A stretch of 64,000 nt of DNA from Roseibium sp. (GCA_039972695.1 JBDWMJ010000018.1:233749-297748), one strand, 5' to 3'. Counted from the stretch's first letter, positions 18,599 to 28,371 are shown. Notes: generated by a model not told the origin, from the letters alone. Numbers and translations are program-made.

Positions 18599-18712
18599 GT
18601 ATCACCTGTCCTGTTGCTTTGCCGTCGACGACTGCCAGAAGAGCCATTTTCAAGTCATTGGCCTGTTTGCTCCGACTCAAGCAGTCTGACACCATATAAG
18701 ACGGTACATAAG

Positions 18713-18724
18713 GCACAATTGTGC
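18713..18724. promoter_or_regulatory. perfect 12-bp palindrome GCACAATTGTGC
   Basis: Lies in the 272-bp divergent region between the moxR operon and the DUF1285 operon. Candidate operator. Confidence 0.35.
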
Positions 18725-18870
18725 GCCAAACAGTGGAAAGGTCCAAGATATTTACAAAGCTTGGGGGATAAGCTTACGATTTCGCCGGAGAAACCAAATC
18801 GATAACAATTACGCGAGTGCCGGAATTGATATAAATTCGGGTGTTGCGAACATAAAAAACACTGATCGGG

Positions 18871-19482
18871 TTGCGCATGAGCGTGAGCAAGAATGTTGAT
18901 GAAGGCTTACCTGCTGGTCTTCAAGCACTAATGGACCGGGCAGATTCCAAAGACAAAACGCTACCTCCTGTGGAGAAATGGGATCCGCCTTTTTGCGGGG
19001 ACCTCGACATCCATATTGCCCGTGATGGAACCTGGTTTTACTTGGGCTCTCCTATTGGTCGAAAGGCCTTGGCTCGGCTATTTGCTTCGGTTCTTCGCAA
19101 AGACGAAGATGGTCGGCACTATCTTGTTACCCCGGTTGAGAAAATCGGTATATCGGTTGAGGACGCACCGCTACTTGCGGTCGAAATGGCAATTGAAGGC
19201 GAAGGCGAGGAACAAAAGCTCACCTTGCGGACGAATATGGGTGACCTGGTTCCTGTTGGGCCGGAGCACCCGCTCAGATTCGAAAAAGAACCGGACAGCG
19301 GGGGCTTGAAACCCTATGTGATTGCCAGGGGCCGTATAGAAGCGCTGTTCACAAGAGCATTGATGTATCAGCTGGTTGATCTCATGGTGGAAAGAACGAG
19401 AGACAAAGGTCCGCAGACCGGTATCTGGAGCATGGGATGTTTTTTTGCTGTTGATGAAAGTCTTTTGGATCACGATGTGTGA
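18871..19482 (+). CDS. DUF1285 family protein
   Basis: About 200 aa. Block PPFCGDLDIHIARDGTWFYLGSPIGRKALARLFASVLRKDEDGRHYLVTPVEK recalls DUF1285. The ORF track starts at TTG 18871; the ATG at 18877 is equally plausible. Confidence 0.7.
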   Translation: MRMSVSKNVDEGLPAGLQALMDRADSKDKTLPPVEKWDPPFCGDLDIHIARDGTWFYLGSPIGRKALARLFASVLRKDEDGRHYLVTPVEKIGISVEDAPLLAVEMAIEGEGEEQKLTLRTNMGDLVPVGPEHPLRFEKEPDSGGLKPYVIARGRIEALFTRALMYQLVDLMVERTRDKGPQTGIWSMGCFFAVDESLLDHDV

Positions 19483-19501
19483 TGGGAGTAATGAATAAAC
19501 A

Positions 19502-20173
19502 GTGCCAGTTGAATTGGAACACATGACCACGTTCACAGCTGAACCGGAAGCCGGCCTTGCGACTTGGGCGCTTAACCTCAAGGAGCGTCTTGCTGCAGCT
19601 GCACGATCGGGTTCACCACCTGAGACGGGAGATCATGTGCTCAACCCCGAGCTCGGTCCTTATGCAAAATGGAATGGCCCGCCGCGTGATGCTGCAGTGC
19701 TGATCGGGTTGAAAGACCATGTTGACGGCCCGAGCGTTGTCCTGACGCAGCGGACAGGGCATTTGAACTCACATGCGGGCCAGGTCGCATTCCCGGGTGG
19801 CAAAATCGACCCGGAAGATGCCGGTCCTGTTGAGGCCGCTCTTCGGGAGGCACACGAGGAAATCGGGTTGTCTCCCAGGATCGCAATACCTTTGGGTAGT
19901 CTAGCGCCGTATCTGACTGGATCTGGTTACAAGGTGGTGCCTATCGTTGCTTTGATCCGCGAGACAGCCTCCTTTGTTCCAAATCCGGATGAAGTCGACG
20001 CTGTTTTCGAGGTTCCGTTTCAGTTTTTGATGGACCCTGCCAATCATCAAAAACAAAGCCGGGAATGGCAGGGGCAAAGACGCTATTTTTATGCCATGCC
20101 CTACAATGATCGTTATATATGGGGTGTAACGGCCGGAATTATCCGCTCACTTTATGACACGGTGTATCGCTGA
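19502..20173 (+). CDS. CoA pyrophosphatase (NUDIX, NudL-like)
   Basis: Nudix box GGKIDPEDAGPVEAALREAHEEIGL preceded by the CoA-type motif LTQRTGHLNSHAGQVAFPGG. Start is GTG 19502 or ATG 19523. Confidence 0.8.
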   Translation: MPVELEHMTTFTAEPEAGLATWALNLKERLAAAARSGSPPETGDHVLNPELGPYAKWNGPPRDAAVLIGLKDHVDGPSVVLTQRTGHLNSHAGQVAFPGGKIDPEDAGPVEAALREAHEEIGLSPRIAIPLGSLAPYLTGSGYKVVPIVALIRETASFVPNPDEVDAVFEVPFQFLMDPANHQKQSREWQGQRRYFYAMPYNDRYIWGVTAGIIRSLYDTVYR

Positions 20174-20433
20174 TGCTGCGCATTGTTTTGACGCAACTGT
20201 TTTTGTTTTTGCTTCCCTTCGCCTGTTATACAGCATGGCTTTATCTGACCAAGAAAAACAAGGAGCCGGACAGCTGGACTCGTGGTCCGGTTGCCTGGTT
20301 GACGCTTGCTGGTCTGGCTCTGATGATCTCGGCTCTTGTCGCAGTTGCGTTCTTGGGGAAAAGTCCAGAAGGTACGGAATACCGGCCATCTGAGTTTCGG
20401 GATGGTGTGTTTGTCCCGGGCCGATTTGAATGA
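20173..20433 (+). CDS. small two-TM membrane protein (possibly DUF6111-type)
   Basis: 86 aa with two hydrophobic helices. Its start overlaps the upstream stop (TGATG at 20171-20175), and its stop lies 4 nt before the cca ATG. Confidence 0.65.
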   Translation: MLRIVLTQLFLFLLPFACYTAWLYLTKKNKEPDSWTRGPVAWLTLAGLALMISALVAVAFLGKSPEGTEYRPSEFRDGVFVPGRFE

Positions 20434-20437
20434 CGCG

Positions 20438-21685
20438 ATGACGGAAAATGCCGAAGAAACACTGCGCCGTGCGGACTGGTTGAATTCCGGTGGACTGCAG
20501 GCAGTGTTTGCTGCACTTGAGCAGAATGGCGATGAAGCCCGCGTCGTTGGCGGCGCGGTTCGTAATACTCTGCTTGGCCATTCAATTCCGGATGTCGATA
20601 TTGCTACGACGGCGACGCCGCAAGATGTGGTTGCCCGAGCCAATGCTTCCGGATTGAAACCGATCGCGACCGGGATTGACCATGGAACGATAACCATTGT
20701 CAGTCACGGGTTCGCCTATGAAGTCACGACGTTGCGTCAAGACGTAGAGACATTTGGCCGTCAGGCAAAGGTAATCTTTGGCCGCGACTGGATAAAAGAT
20801 GCTGAGCGTCGCGACTTTACGATGAACGCTCTCTATGCGGACCGTCATGGCGGGTTGCACGATCCGCTTGGTGGATTACAGGATTGTCTTGATCGTCGGG
20901 TCAGGTTTATCGGAGATCCGGATTCGCGCATTAAGGAAGATTTTCTTCGAATTCTTCGATTTTTCAGAATCTATGCAGCCTATGGTCAAGGCGATATGGA
21001 TCCCGAGGGCCTAGGCGCTTGCCTTCGCCAGCGAGATGGGTTGCGACAACTGTCCGCCGAACGCATTGGCCACGAGATGCGCAGGCTCATGCAAGCGCCG
21101 TTAGCTGCAACTGCATTGCGCATGATGAATGATTGTGGCCTTTGGGAAATTGCGACTGGTGGGCTGGCCCATATTGAAGATTATGCGGCCTTACGCAGCC
21201 TGGACGGGTTGGCACCGGAAACACGCGACCCGGAACTTGGGTTGACAGTGCTTGCCGGGTTCGTTCGCGAAGATATTGAACGGATAGCCGACCGGTTTCG
21301 GCTGTCCAATGCAGAACGTAAACGCATGCAGGTTGCCTGGAATGCAATCAAAGATTTGAGGCAGCGAACTGAAATTCCGGATCCTACGGTGATGCTTTAT
21401 GCCCATGGTCGGCAAGGCGCTATAGACGGACATCTCGCTCGCTGGGCGGCGCTTTCAACGCAAGACCAGGCTGGGAACACCCAACGTTACGAAGATTACC
21501 TCAAGCAATTGAGAAAACTCGGTGTGCCCGTGTTTCCATTAAAAGGAGCTGATCTGATTGCTGCTGGTCACAAGCCGGGTCCAAGTCTTGGTGAGCATTT
21601 GAGACACTTAGAGAAGGTCTGGTGCGCGTCAGGTTACAAACTGGGAAATGATGCATTGATTGCTCAGCTTGAAGACTTTTCTTAG
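20438..21685 (+). CDS. cca: CCA tRNA nucleotidyltransferase (poly(A) polymerase head-domain family)
   Basis: GGAVRNTLLG...PDVDIATT nucleotidyltransferase head motif and ERRDFTMNALY. I chose the ATG at 20438; the longer ORF from 20336 overlaps the preceding gene. Confidence 0.85.
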   Translation: MTENAEETLRRADWLNSGGLQAVFAALEQNGDEARVVGGAVRNTLLGHSIPDVDIATTATPQDVVARANASGLKPIATGIDHGTITIVSHGFAYEVTTLRQDVETFGRQAKVIFGRDWIKDAERRDFTMNALYADRHGGLHDPLGGLQDCLDRRVRFIGDPDSRIKEDFLRILRFFRIYAAYGQGDMDPEGLGACLRQRDGLRQLSAERIGHEMRRLMQAPLAATALRMMNDCGLWEIATGGLAHIEDYAALRSLDGLAPETRDPELGLTVLAGFVREDIERIADRFRLSNAERKRMQVAWNAIKDLRQRTEIPDPTVMLYAHGRQGAIDGHLARWAALSTQDQAGNTQRYEDYLKQLRKLGVPVFPLKGADLIAAGHKPGPSLGEHLRHLEKVWCASGYKLGNDALIAQLEDFS

Positions 21686-21787
21686 CGGAAAATAAATAAG
21701 TGCAGCTAATTATACTAAAAACTCCACCTACGTGACCCCTGTGAGGGCACCAGGGCAGATATGGTAGAAGTGCTGCGAGTCTAATTG

Positions 21788-22900
21788 ATGGAAATCGTTC
21801 TAATCTCTGATGGTCCGCTCCCGCTGGATTCTCCGGTTCGTAAATTGCCGTTTTTCTTTCCGGCTCGCTTGATCGACATGTCCAGAGTTTCGCCAAAGAC
21901 AGTCGGTGATGCCGGGATTGCGATTGTTGAATTGCTGAACTCCAATGATGCAGGCTTGTCTGCATTGAAAGCATCGTGGAGCAGTATTGCAGAGATTCCC
22001 GTTTTTTGTCTGGCCTCCAAAAATAACCGCCGAGAAGTTATCCAGGCATCTGCGCTTGGAAAATCCGAAGTGATGGAGCGCGATACGCCACTTGCGATGA
22101 TGTTGAAGCGGATCAAGGCTCGAATTAATCAAGATCCGATGGCTAATCTTCCGAACGAAACCTCGGAAACGGTCAAACAGGCTTATCTGAAAGCAGATGC
22201 ATTCCTGGAAATGCTTTGTCTGTCAGCGGCAACAGAAGCAAACATCCATATCAAAGCGATGGATGCAAGTGCATCAGACCTGCTGACGGCAATTGACCTG
22301 GATGGCCTGACATCATGGCTTGAAGCTGTTCAGTGCCATCACAGTAGCACTTATAGTCATTCACTCGTTGTCGCAGGTATCGCCGGGGCGTTTGCTCGCT
22401 ATCTGGGATGGTCAGACGCGGATTGCCAGGAAATGATTGCCGGCGGGCTTGTCCACGATATCGGCAAAATGCGTATTCCTCTGACAATTCTGGATAAACC
22501 GGACAGACTCTCAAATGAAGAACGGGCTCTCGTAGATAAACATCCAGTCTTTGGGCAGGAAGTTCTGAAGCCGCGACTGGAAGTGCCAATTGACATCAAA
22601 AAAATGGCAATCCAGCATCACGAGTATCTGGATGGGTCTGGATATCCGAATGGCTTGAAGGGCAGCCGGATTGGTCCGAAAGTCCGTATGATGACCATCT
22701 GCGATATCTTTACCGCTCTTACGGAAGAGCGCGCATATAAAGAAGCTTTGCCCGTTCGGGCCGCAATTTCGATCATGAAAGAAATGGGCGGTAAACTGGA
22801 CCAAAAAATGCTGGCGCAATTTGCCGGTATGGTTCTGAACCGGGGTTTTGGCGAATTGAGCCGCGACAAAGCTGCTACCAGTGGCGGTGCCGCTGCTTAA
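21788..22900 (+). CDS. HD-GYP domain protein (putative c-di-GMP phosphodiesterase) with N-terminal receiver-like domain
   Basis: HD motif GLVHDIGK and GYP motif HHEYLDGSGYPNG. The N-terminal region of about 150 aa has an alternating beta/alpha pattern but no obvious phospho-acceptor Asp. Confidence 0.85.
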   Translation: MEIVLISDGPLPLDSPVRKLPFFFPARLIDMSRVSPKTVGDAGIAIVELLNSNDAGLSALKASWSSIAEIPVFCLASKNNRREVIQASALGKSEVMERDTPLAMMLKRIKARINQDPMANLPNETSETVKQAYLKADAFLEMLCLSAATEANIHIKAMDASASDLLTAIDLDGLTSWLEAVQCHHSSTYSHSLVVAGIAGAFARYLGWSDADCQEMIAGGLVHDIGKMRIPLTILDKPDRLSNEERALVDKHPVFGQEVLKPRLEVPIDIKKMAIQHHEYLDGSGYPNGLKGSRIGPKVRMMTICDIFTALTEERAYKEALPVRAAISIMKEMGGKLDQKMLAQFAGMVLNRGFGELSRDKAATSGGAAA

Positions 22901-22912
22901 GAAGGGCGCTCG

Positions 22913-23839
22913 TTAAGGCCATTTCACAACAGGCGGCATGGATGACAGGATCGATGCGACATTGCCGCCTGTCTTCAATCCGAAAATCGTTCCCCGGTCA
23001 TACAGCAGATTGTATTCCACGTAGCGCCCACGGCGAATGAGTTGTTCTTCGCGCTGGGCATCTGTCCAGGGTGTTTTGAAATTTCGCTGAACCAACTCCG
23101 GATAAATTTTCAAAAACGCAAGACCAACATCTTTAGTGTAGGCGAGGTCGGCGTCCCAATCTCCGCTGTGGAGGTAGTCATAGAATATGCCACCAACACC
23201 GCGCGCCTCATCGCGATGCTTTAGATAGAAGTAATCGTCGCACCAGGCTTTGTAAGCTTCATAATCGGCAACATCGTGTGCTGAGCATGCAGCCTCCATG
23301 GCTTGGTGAAATGCTACCGTGTCCGGATCTTCCTGGGTTCTGCGGGCGTTCAGAACCGGTGTAAGGTCTGCGCCACCGCCAAACCATTGGCGCGTTGTGA
23401 CGACCATACGGGTGTTCATGTGGACTGCTGGGACATTCGGATTGTGCGGGTGGGCGATCAGGCTGACACCCGATGCCCAAAACCGGGGGTCTTCATTTGC
23501 CCCCGGGATTTGGCCGCGAAATTCTGGCGAGAATTCACCGTGAACAGTTGAAATGTGAACACCAACCTTTTCGAAGACCCGGCCGTGCATCATCGACATA
23601 ACACCGCCTCCACCTTTGGCTCCCGTTGAATCCGTGCGTTCCCAAGGTGTTCGTTCAAACCGGCCTGCCGGTTGGCCCGCCAATGGGCCGGAGAGTTCGC
23701 CAATTTCATCTTCGAGGTCTTCGAACGATTTGCAGATCCTGTCCCTGAGTTCCTTGAACCATGCGGGAGCAATCTCTTTTTTTTGCTCGATCCCGTCCGG
23801 AATTGGGCCGCCACGTTGTTCAGGAGAAGGAGCGTTCAT
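22913..23839 (-). CDS. hemF: oxygen-dependent coproporphyrinogen III oxidase
   Basis: [10 protein letters not shown] and [25 protein letters not shown] signatures. Confidence 0.95.
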   Translation of the reverse strand: MNAPSPEQRGGPIPDGIEQKKEIAPAWFKELRDRICKSFEDLEDEIGELSGPLAGQPAGRFERTPWERTDSTGAKGGGGVMSMMHGRVFEKVGVHISTVHGEFSPEFRGQIPGANEDPRFWASGVSLIAHPHNPNVPAVHMNTRMVVTTRQWFGGGADLTPVLNARRTQEDPDTVAFHQAMEAACSAHDVADYEAYKAWCDDYFYLKHRDEARGVGGIFYDYLHSGDWDADLAYTKDVGLAFLKIYPELVQRNFKTPWTDAQREEQLIRRGRYVEYNLLYDRGTIFGLKTGGNVASILSSMPPVVKWP

Positions 23840-23893
23840 GAGTTGGGCCTCAAGGAATTGGGTAATGTTGTAGCAAAGATCAGTTGAATAGGA

Positions 23894-24424
23894 TCAATCT
23901 TGGCTTTTAGGAAATGTGCCGGTTTGTCGCAAGGCTTCGCCTAATACCATCCCTGCAGAGATTGCGACATTGATGGATCGCATGCCCTTTGCCATCGGAA
24001 TGGTAAGCCGTGCATCGCAGAGATCATGAACATCATCTGGAACACCCTTGCTCTCGCGCCCCAGCAGCAGAATATCGGATTTCTGAAACTCAAAACTGGT
24101 GTAAGGGCTCGTTGACTTGGTCGTTAAAAGAACAAGTCGACGTTGTTCAGATTTTCGCCAGTCTTCAAAAAGTTTAAATGACATATGACGTTTGAGAACA
24201 GCTCGTTCCATATAGTCCATGCCTGCTCGTTTGAGCGCGCTGTCTGAAATCGGAAAACCGGCCGGTTCAATCAAATGCACGGTTACATCCATGCAGGCGG
24301 CGAGCCTTAATATGGTTCCGGTATTCTGTGGAATGTCCGGAAGATAGAGAGCAATATCGGGCATAAGACCAGCTGGATTGTTCGAAAAAAAAGCGTCCAT
24401 AGCAGTTGGGTTCTGGTTTGTCAT
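23894..24424 (-). CDS. trmL: tRNA (cytidine/uridine-2'-O)-methyltransferase, SpoU/TrmL type
   Basis: IALYLPDIPQNTGTILRLAAC and C-terminal SINVAISAGMVLGEALRQ (SPOUT knot). The start may be the internal ATG at 24364. Confidence 0.85.
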   Translation of the reverse strand: MTNQNPTAMDAFFSNNPAGLMPDIALYLPDIPQNTGTILRLAACMDVTVHLIEPAGFPISDSALKRAGMDYMERAVLKRHMSFKLFEDWRKSEQRRLVLLTTKSTSPYTSFEFQKSDILLLGRESKGVPDDVHDLCDARLTIPMAKGMRSINVAISAGMVLGEALRQTGTFPKSQD

Positions 24425-24524
24425 GCCGGTCGGGCCAAACGAATTCGCCTATTGGTAGATCCAATTGTCAGATACATATGTAAAATGGAACCAGAATCGC
24501 AGTCTTCCTCCCAAGGTGATTTCC

Positions 24525-26378
24525 GTGCTCCCGCTTTTCCGGCTTTTTGAATCCTGGATCGATCCCTTCAGGTCCCCACCTGACCAAGCGATGCCGCATA
24601 GCGGATTCAGATTCCTGATATTCTTCGTCCTGCAGGTTCGATGGCCATTTGTTGCGATGCTGGTTCTGGGTGTTGTATCCGCATTGGTGGAAGTGACGGT
24701 TTTCAATTTTCTCGGCCGTATAGTCGATCTGCTTGAGGGGAGTGATCGGAGCACATTTTTTGCGGATCACGGCTCGACTCTGATTGCCATGGCGGCTGTC
24801 GTCATGGTGCTTCGGCCGATCGTCAATTCCCTGATAGCGCTCGTCGAAGAGCAGACTATTGTCCCTGGGTTCTTCAATCTGGTTCGTTGGCAGTCCCATC
24901 AGCAGGTGATGCGGCAAGGTCTTGGTTTTTTTAATGATGATCTGGCTGGGCGCCTGTCCCAGAAAGTGATGCAGGCCGGGATTTCTGCCGGCGATTTTAT
25001 GACCAACCTGCTTCAGGTGGCTTGGTTCATATTTGTCTATGCAATCACTACGCTGGTTCTTGTGACCGATCTGGATGTTCGTCTCGGGGGAATTGTTGCC
25101 CTTTGGCTTTTCAGTTTTGTTTTGATTGCCTGGTATCTTGTGCCTCGGGTCCGCGAAAAAGCCAAAGACACGGCAAACTTCTATTCCGGCGTATCAGGTC
25201 GTTTGGTTGATACCTACACGAACATACAAACGGTCAAGTTGTTCGGATCGGCAAAGGGGGAAAGCCTCGGCTCTCAAAGGACGTTTCGTGCCTTCATAGC
25301 AAAGCTGAAGGAATTCACCCGGCTGTTGACGACTATCAGGACTGTGATGTCGTTGTTAAACGGCATGATGATTGTCGCGATAGCCGGAGTGGCGCTCCAC
25401 ATATGGCAGTCTGGTGGAATTAGCACCGGCCATGTGGCTTTTGCTCTGAGTCTTGTTCTTCGACTGAACATTTTGCTCAACCGGCTCTTCAATCAACTGA
25501 ACGGATTGTTCCGAAACTTCGGTTCTATGCAGGACAGCATGGAGACAATCGTCAAGCCAGTTCTTCTATCCGACAAAAAGGATGCCGAAGACCTGAAGGT
25601 TGATGAGGGGTGCGTGTCTTTTGAGAATGTTCACTTTCACTACGGCAGGGCAGACAGGGTCATTGATAACCTGAGTCTGACCATTAATCCTGGTGAGCGC
25701 GTCGGAATTGTTGGGCCGTCAGGGGCTGGAAAATCGACGCTCACGAGCTTGTTGTTGCGGTTTTATGATGTTGAATCCGGGAGCGTATCGATCGATGGTC
25801 AAGATGTTCGAGAAATAACCCAGGAATCCTTACGCCATTCTATCGGCATGGTGACGCAAGACCCGTCCTTGATGCATCGTTCTATTCGAGAAAATATCCG
25901 GTTTGGTCGACCGGACGCCAGTGAAGACGAGCTTATCAAAGCAGCTCAAAAGGCTCATTCCCTGGAATTCATTCAGACGTTGGAAGATAAAAGGGGTCGT
26001 AAGGGATTTGACGCTTATGTAGGGGAACGTGGTGTCAAACTGTCTGGTGGGCAACGGCAGCGGATCGCCATTGCGAGAGTTCTTTTGAAAGACGCACCCA
26101 TTCTGGTTTTGGATGAGGCCACTTCTGCTCTGGATTCTGAGGTGGAAGCTGCGATCCAGGAGAACCTGCAGGGGTTGATGGCCGGGAAAACAGTCATTGC
26201 GATTGCGCATCGGCTTTCGACAATTGCAGCATTGGACAGGCTCATCGTTATGGACCATGGCCAGATTGTGCAGCAGGGATCGCATGTAGATCTATTGAAA
26301 GACGAAACCGGCCTGTATGCTCAGCTTTGGCGGCGCCAGTCAGGTGGCTTTTTGGAAGGGATGTCCATTTTGGCGTGA
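24525..26378 (+). CDS. fused ABC exporter (TMD-NBD), paralog 1
   Basis: Walker A GPSGAGKST, signature LSGGQRQR, Walker B ILVLDEATSALD, H-loop AIAHRL. I prefer GTG 24525 (AAGGTGA upstream) because the product then begins LPLFRLFESWIDPF, parallel to MFKFFEGLVDPF of paralog 2. The ORF track starts at 24465. Confidence 0.85.
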   Translation: MLPLFRLFESWIDPFRSPPDQAMPHSGFRFLIFFVLQVRWPFVAMLVLGVVSALVEVTVFNFLGRIVDLLEGSDRSTFFADHGSTLIAMAAVVMVLRPIVNSLIALVEEQTIVPGFFNLVRWQSHQQVMRQGLGFFNDDLAGRLSQKVMQAGISAGDFMTNLLQVAWFIFVYAITTLVLVTDLDVRLGGIVALWLFSFVLIAWYLVPRVREKAKDTANFYSGVSGRLVDTYTNIQTVKLFGSAKGESLGSQRTFRAFIAKLKEFTRLLTTIRTVMSLLNGMMIVAIAGVALHIWQSGGISTGHVAFALSLVLRLNILLNRLFNQLNGLFRNFGSMQDSMETIVKPVLLSDKKDAEDLKVDEGCVSFENVHFHYGRADRVIDNLSLTINPGERVGIVGPSGAGKSTLTSLLLRFYDVESGSVSIDGQDVREITQESLRHSIGMVTQDPSLMHRSIRENIRFGRPDASEDELIKAAQKAHSLEFIQTLEDKRGRKGFDAYVGERGVKLSGGQRQRIAIARVLLKDAPILVLDEATSALDSEVEAAIQENLQGLMAGKTVIAIAHRLSTIAALDRLIVMDHGQIVQQGSHVDLLKDETGLYAQLWRRQSGGFLEGMSILA

Positions 26379-26472
26379 GTGGTCTGCTGTTACTGTTCCG
26401 GTATATTGGGAGTGTTTCTGATCCGGGGCGCAGCGAAAAACGTACTGACAGGACACATCACTCGAGGACCAC

Positions 26473-26877
26473 ATGTTTCAAGTTACAGCTGCCTATTTAA
26501 CGACCGCCATTGTGTTCCTGGCCATTGATTATGTTTGGCTGACTCAAGTCGCAACCAGGTTTTATTTTGACCGTATTGGTCACCTGTTGATGGACAAGCC
26601 CAATTTGGCTGCTGCTGGTGCGTTCTATATCATTTATGTCGTCGGGATCGTTATTTTTGCAGTCTTGCCAGCGTTGAAGAACGACAGTTTTGCCTATGCA
26701 GTTGCCTTCGGTGCCATGTTCGGTTTTTTCACATACGCCACTTACGATGTCACAAACTATGCGACGCTCAAAAACTGGCCGGTGATTGTAGCGGTCGTTG
26801 ATGTGGCTTGGGGTGCGACACTTTCCGGGATTTCCGCAGGAGCCGGGTTTCTATTAACGCGGATGGTCACCAGTTGA
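26473..26877 (+). CDS. DUF2177-like integral membrane protein
   Basis: 134 aa with four predicted TM helices. The FLAIDYVWL... start is typical of DUF2177 as I recall it. Confidence 0.65.
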   Translation: MFQVTAAYLTTAIVFLAIDYVWLTQVATRFYFDRIGHLLMDKPNLAAAGAFYIIYVVGIVIFAVLPALKNDSFAYAVAFGAMFGFFTYATYDVTNYATLKNWPVIVAVVDVAWGATLSGISAGAGFLLTRMVTS

Positions 26878-27276
26878 CTATTGAAGGATTACGGTCCCTT
26901 TTTTAAATTATTGTAACTTAAAGAAAAATCAGAGGGTTTTATTGCCTTCGTCTGGTGATTGGCATTTCCAGTTCAGAAACGCAGCAGGCAAAAAGCGGTT
27001 TTCGGATTGTGCGATTGTTGCAAGTTGTAATGCAACTATAGGTATTGTCACCACATTTAATAGTTTTGAGTGCCATCAAATAGCCTTCAAGTTTCAGTGA
27101 TTTAGTCTTCGAAAACCATTCGAATATCTAAAAATTGCCTAATTCCCTAAGGTTGTTTTGGTTTATATGTCCATACATGATTGTAAGTAATCTACTCCGT
27201 ATATGTTATATTAATAAAAATGAAAAATGATACGCAGATATATCTTCAAGAAAATATGCATTTATTGGAGTAAGGT
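26878..27276. other. AT-rich intergenic tract upstream of the PAS-GGDEF gene
   Basis: About 400 bp, visibly far more AT-rich than flanking coding DNA. Contains the inverted repeat GTTGCA-N8-TGCAAC at 27017-27036. Confidence 0.6.
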
Positions 27277-28371
27277 ATGGAGTGGACGCCGATAACTTTA
27301 ATTTTGCTTTGTTTTTTGGCCGGTCTTTCTGGTCTGTGTTTTTTTTATTTTGTATTTCCTCGCTACAACCCGATTTTGGCGAAACGTGACGCCACTAGTG
27401 AAGCGGATAAAAACAGCGAAATTTTGAAACTTGTCGTCGAACATGTTCATGATGGTTTGTTGGTTCAGGATATCTACGGCCGTATTGAATGGTCAAACCC
27501 GGCGTATAGTCGGATTTCAGGTTTCTCTGCGGAAGAAATTGTCGGTCGACGGCCTCAGGAGTTTATTCTGACCGAAGACAATCAGCTTTCTGCGAATGAG
27601 ATTGCGAATTTCCAATACGATCTAGATATCTTCAAAACCGGAACAGAAGAACGTATTCAAAATCGCCGCAAAAATGGTGAGCTGTTTTGGAACGAACTCA
27701 CGTTTGCTATTTTCGAAGGGAAAGAGCTTGAGGATACAAAAATTATCCTGATTTCGCGGGATGTTACTCATCAGGTGGAATATCTGGATGAGTTGGAAGA
27801 AGTTCGGAAGCGACTAAAATATCGGGCCGAGCATGATGATCTCACAGATGTTGCCAATCGCACGAAGCTGAACAAGTTTCTCGATAGATCGTTGGCAGAT
27901 GCGCTGACCCAATCACATAAAATTGGCATTTTGCACTTGGATCTGGATCTTTTCAAAGACATCAATGATGCCTATGGCCATAGCGCCGGCGATGCGGTTC
28001 TTGTGCATGTCGCAGGTGTGTTGAAATCTACTGTGGGTGAACAAGGGCTTGTTGCGCGCGTTGGAGGAGATGAGTTCGTTGTCGCTGTGCCTGATGTCGA
28101 GAGTCAGAAAGGTCTGACTGAATTGGCTCAGAAAATCCTAAGCGAGATTTCAAAGCCGATTGTTTGGGAGCAATTAACTCTCAACGTCGCGGGTTGTATC
28201 GGAATTATGGATTCGGACGGACTTGCTAAAAATGCGTCAGAGCTAATCAATTGCGCGGACATTGCACTTTACGAAGCGAAGAAGTCCGGTAAGGGCATGT
28301 TTGCCTGTTACACACCGGAGCTTGGGTCTGCCTACCGAAAGAAAAGAAAACTAGTCAACAAAGCTGTCTAG
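27277..28371 (+). CDS. membrane-anchored PAS-GGDEF diguanylate cyclase
   Basis: N-terminal TM helix, PAS-like LVVEHVHDGLLVQDIYGRIEWSNPAYSRISGFSAEEIVGRRPQEF, and active-site RVGGDEFVV. No RxxD I-site five residues upstream. G+C is lower than the neighbours by eye. Confidence 0.9.
   Translation: MEWTPITLILLCFLAGLSGLCFFYFVFPRYNPILAKRDATSEADKNSEILKLVVEHVHDGLLVQDIYGRIEWSNPAYSRISGFSAEEIVGRRPQEFILTEDNQLSANEIANFQYDLDIFKTGTEERIQNRRKNGELFWNELTFAIFEGKELEDTKIILISRDVTHQVEYLDELEEVRKRLKYRAEHDDLTDVANRTKLNKFLDRSLADALTQSHKIGILHLDLDLFKDINDAYGHSAGDAVLVHVAGVLKSTVGEQGLVARVGGDEFVVAVPDVESQKGLTELAQKILSEISKPIVWEQLTLNVAGCIGIMDSDGLAKNASELINCADIALYEAKKSGKGMFACYTPELGSAYRKKRKLVNKAV

Noticed and set aside
26895-26910. Weak hairpin plus T6 after the DUF2177 gene
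   Set aside because: The stem is only about 4 bp, so this is not a reliable terminator call.
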